Shown here: piece after piece, positions 58,581 to 64,000 of the stretch
How the letters are laid out: each line of letters begins with the position of its first letter
How positions within the stretch are numbered: the first letter of the stretch is position 1
Source of the DNA: a virus
DNA length: 64,000 bases
Reading direction: 5' to 3' (one strand)
IMG/VR virus record: IMGVR_UViG_3300028854_000012
Span: 1 to 64,000 of that record
Translations under genes and position numbers: made by a program
Notes under the pieces: model-generated
What the model saw: the letters and a program-made list of their open reading frames with translations, nothing else
Databases searched by the model: none
Told to the model about the DNA's origin: nothing

Positions 58581-59597
58581 TTACACAAATGGCATTCCAG
58601 ATTCTTTTGTGATGTTTATATTTTCTTCAATTATTTTAGCAATACATTGACGATCATGTAATGTGAGGGAGTAGGCTTCACTATACGAAATACTTCCTCG
58701 CATAAACCAACACATTTTCAGAAGATCGTTTGATAGTTCTTTAGTTTCATCTCCCATTTTTTTGATTATACCTATAATTTCTTCGTCTGATGCCGGTATT
58801 AGTCTTTGTCTAAATTGTGAACATACATCTAGATCAATTGGAACTATAAAATTGTGTTGACATTCAGAGCATGTAATTGAAAAATCATTAAGATATGATT
58901 CTTTTATAGCAGATTCAATGTATTCTACTAATTTGCGTTGAATAGAAATATCACATTGATTGAACCATTCTGTTATGAATTGATTATTGGTTATAATATC
59001 GTGGTTTTCTATAGTAATAGTATTCAAACAATTGGCATAAAAGAGAGTAGTTAGTTTTGATTTTTGATCCAACAAAAATTCCATAGTAGAACTATATTCT
59101 TCTGGAGATTCACAATGGGAAATAAAATACAATTGTTTTAAAATTCTAAAATTGGAAATAGAAAATGCTGTATATTCTTTATATGTCGGAGAACGAAACG
59201 AAAATGTTAGTTTATCGATAGTGAGAGGTTGAAACCATTTTTTAACGCTTATGTTTGGAAGATTTGCCTGTAAATTAATTTCATATGGATCATGTTCTTT
59301 GCATTGTGGACACTGTAACATAACCTCTAATTCATTTCCATAAGATGCTATTTTTATACTTGCTAATATATGTTGAATATCACATAATAAAAGTTTATCT
59401 GGATTTATTAAATCTGGACATGAACTTTTAATAATCAATTCTGTAGCAAGTCCAGACATCAATGCATCTGGTGTTCTAATAGTGAATTCATCTGCTATAA
59501 CATTTGCAAAAATTGCATGATTACCAATTATACCTGTTTCTTGTTCAGTTAACAAAGATGTATATATTACTGGCCGACTAAAAAATGGTTTATTCAT
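58581..59597 (-). CDS. Baseplate hub assembly protein (T4 gp26/gp51-like)
   Basis: TPDALMSG…SCP…D…L..IKIASYG…CP.C…C..C; 'WFMRG.ISY' tail. Confidence 0.7.
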   Translation of the reverse strand: MNKPFFSRPVIYTSLLTEQETGIIGNHAIFANVIADEFTIRTPDALMSGLATELIIKSSCPDLINPDKLLLCDIQHILASIKIASYGNELEVMLQCPQCKEHDPYEINLQANLPNISVKKWFQPLTIDKLTFSFRSPTYKEYTAFSISNFRILKQLYFISHCESPEEYSSTMEFLLDQKSKLTTLFYANCLNTITIENHDIITNNQFITEWFNQCDISIQRKLVEYIESAIKESYLNDFSITCSECQHNFIVPIDLDVCSQFRQRLIPASDEEIIGIIKKMGDETKELSNDLLKMCWFMRGSISYSEAYSLTLHDRQCIAKIIEENINITKESGMPFV

Positions 59598-59598
59598 A

Positions 59599-60609
59599 TT
59601 AACTCATGAGTGTTTTTGTTTCAGGTAGAAAATTACTTCCCATAAAAGTTAATTCAGTTGTCCATTTTTCTGGAGCACCGGCGTTTATTTCTGCTTCTGT
59701 GCTGATTTGTTCCGATGACATAAATACATATTTTTTACGCTGCATATCAATATGATCTCTAATTGAATTAAAATATGCGATATCAATTTGATGAATGGTT
59801 TGTTTTATTTGCAAAGAATCTTGTAGGTTTTCCGATGATAAATTTAATATTGTATTACCGGATGAATCAATGATTGATAATTTTTTAATACTGGAACATA
59901 ACAAGTCAATAGCACTAATAGTTAAAGAATTCATATTATTTGAAAAAGCGCCTTCATCTTTAATGTTTTCATCTTGATCAAAATTTTTTGTTAGTGATTT
60001 ACGAAGCATAAAAATGTTTTTAGATGTATCAAATAGGTTTTTCATTGGGATTGGTTGAACTAAAAGAGATAAAACTTGACCCGTTTCATCCTCAATATTT
60101 ATTTCTTCATCCCAATGATCTGTTCTGTTGGCAATATCACGAAGAAGATCATTTGCATCTATTTGTATAGTTCGAGTGAGCGTTGTTTTTGGAACACTGA
60201 CAACAAAATCAAAATTTGATCCATAGCTTGCAACACGTATAGCCAATAAAATTGCATCAATATCAATATTAGGAATTTGATCTGGTTGTTGAATATTTGG
60301 AATACAACTTTGAATAACCTCATATATATTTTTTCCGGTCATTGTTGCATCACCGGTTCTAAATTTCATGTCATCGGACGCATTCATTGCAAATACTGGA
60401 AGTTGCCCAGATATATTAAAAGTCAAGCTATTTTTTGGATACCAATTTCCATGACTTGGAAGAGTTAAAGAAAGTTTATTTTTTCTGAAAAAAGCCGCCA
60501 ATGGATTAGTTTGGGGTTCAGGTTCCATTTTTTGTTGTAATGTCTTTAGAGGTCCAGTTGGAATAGTGGAGGAACCCACAACTGGGAATTGTTGCGAACG
60601 TTTTGTCAT
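59599..60609 (-). CDS. Baseplate hub protein (T4 gp26-like), paralog lacking the Zn-finger cysteines
   Basis: NPL..FFR…LPS.G..Y…M.A.D…IQSCIP…DIDAILLAIRVASYG. Confidence 0.75.
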   Translation of the reverse strand: MTKRSQQFPVVGSSTIPTGPLKTLQQKMEPEPQTNPLAAFFRKNKLSLTLPSHGNWYPKNSLTFNISGQLPVFAMNASDDMKFRTGDATMTGKNIYEVIQSCIPNIQQPDQIPNIDIDAILLAIRVASYGSNFDFVVSVPKTTLTRTIQIDANDLLRDIANRTDHWDEEINIEDETGQVLSLLVQPIPMKNLFDTSKNIFMLRKSLTKNFDQDENIKDEGAFSNNMNSLTISAIDLLCSSIKKLSIIDSSGNTILNLSSENLQDSLQIKQTIHQIDIAYFNSIRDHIDMQRKKYVFMSSEQISTEAEINAGAPEKWTTELTFMGSNFLPETKTLMS

Positions 60610-60638
60610 TTTATTGATTTACTCCTGTTGATATTTAT

Positions 60639-61964
60639 CTTTTCAGAAAAGAAAATACGGATGAATTTTCTGTTCCCAAACCAAAATAAACATTTGGCAT
60701 TTATATAAAAACAAAATAAAATGTATAAATAGATATATGCACAAAGCATTTAAATATCGGGTATATCCAACCAAAGAACAAGATAAAATCTTGAACGAAT
60801 GGCAAGGACAACTGCGATTTATTTGGAATCAATTTCTTGATGGAAATATTAAGAGATATGAATTAGAAAAGAAATTCAATTTTAAATTTGAAATGGCAAA
60901 TGCTTTACCGATATTAAAACAAGAACACAAATGGATTTCTGCTCCAAGTCAAAGTTTACAACAAATCGCTCTACAAATGGATGGAGCACTTAGAAATTGT
61001 TACAAGCGAAAACTTGGTTTCCAAAATTCAAAAAGAAAAACGGAAGGCAACAAGGAATTAAAATACCTCAACAATATGATCAAATAAAAACAGGTTCTAA
61101 ATTTATCAAAATACCCAAATTAGGTGAAGTGAAATGGATTAGACACAGAGAACTACAAGGAAAACTTAAATCAGTTACAATAACCAAAGACGTAGATCAA
61201 TGGTATGTTTCGTGTCTCTGCGATATAGATTTTGTTCCATCGCCCAAAGAAGTAAAATCCATTGAAAATGATATAACAGGAATTGATTTGGGTATTACTA
61301 ACTTCATAGTTGACAGCAACGGAGTTGTTGTGGACTCACCAAAATATCTCAAGAAGTCAGAGAAGAAATTAAAAAGATATGCAAGGCAATACTCTAATAA
61401 AAAGAAAGGAAGTAATAATCAAAACAAAGCACGAATAGTATTAGCAAAACAACATAGAAAAGTAAGGTTTCAAAGAAAGGATTTTCTCCACAAATTGAGT
61501 TCTCAGATAGCCAATGAGAATGTGATTGTTATATGTGAAGACCTAGCAGTTAAAAATATGAGTAAAAATAGATGCTTGTCAAAAGCAATAAGTGATCAGG
61601 GATGGAGTCAGTTCATTACATATTTGACCTATAAACTGGATTGGTGCGGAGGGGAACTAATTAAAATACCGAGATTTGCTCCTTCAAGTCAGATATGTTC
61701 GTCTTGTGGCAATAAACAGAAAATGGATTTGTCTCTGAGAACTTATCTCTGTCCTTCTTGTAATTTGGTCATAGATAGAGATTACAATGCATCTCTTAAT
61801 ATAAAAGCATTTGGTCTTAAAATTTTAAATGAAACAAATAGGGCAGGAATTGCCCGAATATACGCTTGTGGAGATACCTCCAATGGGATATTTGGTATAC
61901 CGAATATTAGTTGTGTCTCGATGAAACAAGAAGCCAAAGTTGCTTTAGCAACTGGGTGATTCAC
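60639..61964 (+). mobile_element. IS200/IS605-family (IS1341-type, tnpB-only) element
   Basis: TTTAT just 5', shared left-end motif, tnpB, right end …GATTCAC; left boundary approximate. Confidence 0.8.
60737..61959 (+). pseudogene. tnpB: TnpB RNA-guided nuclease with a -1 frameshift at ~61020
   Basis: HTH 'AFKYRVYPT', GIDLG, ICEDL, CSSC/CPSC, DRDYNASLNI; …KLGF|PKFKKK split across frames. Confidence 0.85.
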
Positions 61965-61984
61965 CATTGAAAAATTGGATAAAT
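61841..61984 (+). ncRNA. TnpB omega/reRNA scaffold plus flanking guide
   Basis: Overlaps tnpB 3' end; hairpins GGGCA-GGAAT-TGCCC and AGTTGC-TTTA-GCAACT; conserved with 44108-44236. Confidence 0.7.
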
Positions 61985-62001
61985 AAAGTAAAGGTGAAAG
62001 A

Positions 62002-64000
62002 ATGGCTTCTACTGTTAAAATAAAAACACATGGTAATACTACTTTGGAAGGTTTGGAATTAGAAAATTTCAGTACCGAAGAAACCCTTGTTGCTATTTTA
62101 GACCAGATAAAAACACTTTCTACTGGTGTTTTTACTAAAGAAGATGATACAAAAAAGAAAACAGAAAAACACCAATCCAAACTAGAAAAATGGTTTCAAC
62201 AATTAACTGGAGGTGCAGTTGGAGGCGTTGTTGGTGGTGAAGTTGCTGCCGGGAGCAACGAGGCGATTGGAGCAGTTTCTAATATAATTACACCATTATT
62301 GAATTCAATTATTCCATTTGGTGATTTATTAATTGATTTTGCAGAGTTAACACCAGAAATTTTATTAGTAGTTGTTGCTTTCAAAGCAGTTACAGCAGTG
62401 TTGCATATATTTCAAAGTGGATTAAATTTGGTTTCTCGATCCATAACTTCTATTTTTACTGTAGCTGGAAATTTTATAGGAACTATTTTATCTGGTAAAA
62501 CAGCTATGAGCGACTATTTTGCTGCATTGCAAAGAGGAACAGATACTATTCCAATTATTGGAACTTTGACAAAATTTTTATCTGAAGGAATTAATATTAT
62601 TGACTCTTGGAATCAATCCTTAATTGAACTAACAAAAAATGGAGCAAATTTTGGTGGTAATATTACAGATTTAGTAAATGGTGCAGCCGACGCTGGATTA
62701 ACAGTTGAAGAATTTTCTCGTGTTATTAAAGAAAATGTAGATAGTTTATCTACATTTGGTTCTGTGATGAATGGTGTGAATACTTACACAAAAGTTTCCA
62801 AAATAGGAATGGCTGACTTTTCTGGGCAATTAGCCGATATGGGAATTTCATTTTCACAATATAGTGAAGAGCTTCCAAAGATTTTAAATTTGTTTGGTGC
62901 TTCTGCAAAGGCGCACGGTGCAAGTGATAGAGACCTTGCACAAAGTTCCATTAATTTAATTGCTCAATTTGATACTATGAGTCAATTAACTGGAAAAACT
63001 CGTGAACAACAAGAAGCTGACTTGGCAAAACTAACAGACGATGCTGCGTGGCAACAAAAATTAACACATATGACACAATCAGAAGCAGCTAATTATACAC
63101 AAGCACTAAGTGAAATTCAAAGCACTACTGGTAATGCGTATGCAGAATTATATAAATTAAGTGTTTTAGGTATTCCTCCATTAACAAAAGAATTACAAAA
63201 TATTTTATCTACTACGCCGGGATTGAGAACTGAATTTGAACGCATGACTGCGGCTGTTAAAGCAGGAGGACCACAATTAGGAGAAAAATTAGATACTGTG
63301 GCCTCGCATATGGTTGCTATTGGATTAAAAGCTGGGCAATCTTATGAAACTTTAATTGCAGCATCAACAGCCGGGATGTCTGGAGCAGCTACAGATATAG
63401 CAGCAGTTCAGAAAGATTTATTAGCAAATAGACTATCCTTTTATAAAAATGGTGTTTTTCAAGAAGAAGAATATAAAAAACAAATAACAGCACAACGTAT
63501 ACATCTCGAAAATGTTAATAAACTATCTAGTGGATTATTGGAATTCAGTAATATCATGATGGTTTTGCGAGACAATATAACTACTAATGTGATTGTTCCA
63601 TTAGTTAGTAAAATTGGACCACTTATTAATATGATTACTACAGAATTAGGTGGAAGTACTGGTCCATTAAATAATCTTGTTTCAATGATATCTAATATGG
63701 TTGATCAATTTGGTGGTTGGCTAAAAAAAGAAATTGCAAGCGGAAATTTTAAAATTGGTATAGATAGATTTATTAAAGTGATTGTGGGCGCGATTACTAT
63801 TATGGTTGATTTAATTCCAATGGTTGGAAGTATGATTGCATGGGTAGTAGAAAATTGGGATTCAATAAAATCAATATCTGTAGCGATTATGCAACAAGTT
63901 ATATATCCTATATTAGTTTTGGTTTTAGCTCTTACTGGTGTTATAATATTAGCTTTGTGGCCATTAATAATGTTTGGACAAGCACTGATCAGTGCAGTTA
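62002..64000 (+). CDS. Tape-measure-like tail protein, 5' part (runs off the window)
   Basis: TAAATA + AAGGTG RBS; MASTVKIK…ELENFSTEETL; long helical Ala/Gly/Leu-rich frame next to hub genes. Confidence 0.7.
   Translation, partial: MASTVKIKTHGNTTLEGLELENFSTEETLVAILDQIKTLSTGVFTKEDDTKKKTEKHQSKLEKWFQQLTGGAVGGVVGGEVAAGSNEAIGAVSNIITPLLNSIIPFGDLLIDFAELTPEILLVVVAFKAVTAVLHIFQSGLNLVSRSITSIFTVAGNFIGTILSGKTAMSDYFAALQRGTDTIPIIGTLTKFLSEGINIIDSWNQSLIELTKNGANFGGNITDLVNGAADAGLTVEEFSRVIKENVDSLSTFGSVMNGVNTYTKVSKIGMADFSGQLADMGISFSQYSEELPKILNLFGASAKAHGASDRDLAQSSINLIAQFDTMSQLTGKTREQQEADLAKLTDDAAWQQKLTHMTQSEAANYTQALSEIQSTTGNAYAELYKLSVLGIPPLTKELQNILSTTPGLRTEFERMTAAVKAGGPQLGEKLDTVASHMVAIGLKAGQSYETLIAASTAGMSGAATDIAAVQKDLLANRLSFYKNGVFQEEEYKKQITAQRIHLENVNKLSSGLLEFSNIMMVLRDNITTNVIVPLVSKIGPLINMITTELGGSTGPLNNLVSMISNMVDQFGGWLKKEIASGNFKIGIDRFIKVIVGAITIMVDLIPMVGSMIAWVVENWDSIKSISVAIMQQVIYPILVLVLALTGVIILALWPLIMFGQALISAV

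Noticed and set aside
3819-62941. Numerous short antisense or out-of-frame ORFs in the ORF track (e.g. 24021-24497, 56015-56605, 61782-62180)
   Set aside because: They shadow well-supported genes and lack RBS, promoters and recognisable motifs

Overview
64-kb segment of an AT-rich jumbo tailed phage with T4-like gene expression: sigma70-type TTGACA-N17-TAnnnT early promoters, TAAATA late promoters and many leaderless genes. Layout: (i) a GC-richer tail/secreted-protein patch at 1-630; (ii) a late baseplate/tail module with 2938-, 1660- and 810-aa proteins (1-21 kb); (iii) ~800 bp of structured non-coding DNA at 21.7-22.5 kb (large RNA candidate plus a GCGAAGC hairpin cluster, possible origin); (iv) DnaJ/ClpA chaperones; (v) ~12 kb of proteins with 'MKIxEL..E' N-termini, including multi-enzyme polyproteins whose domains are separated by (I/L/V/F)-x-E motifs (six GNATs, nucleotidyltransferase, ART-like, SprT, ParB-like); (vi) an early ncRNA cluster at 43.7-45.1 kb; (vii) PolB, clamp, RNase H-like nuclease, Acb1-like 2H phosphoesterase, MoxR-VWA; (viii) baseplate hub genes, a frameshifted IS200/IS605 tnpB and the start of a tape-measure-like gene. 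Best novelty candidates: a ~264-nt RNA reproducing the 23S rRNA uL11/GTPase-associated centre (H42-H44) with a compensated base triple and a ~190-nt insert; putative protease-processed, capsid-packaged effector polyproteins; a conserved antisense hairpin cassette over the starts of two unrelated endonuclease genes; and an orphan TnpB omega-RNA under its own early promoter. All calls were made by eye; no database search or folding program was run.
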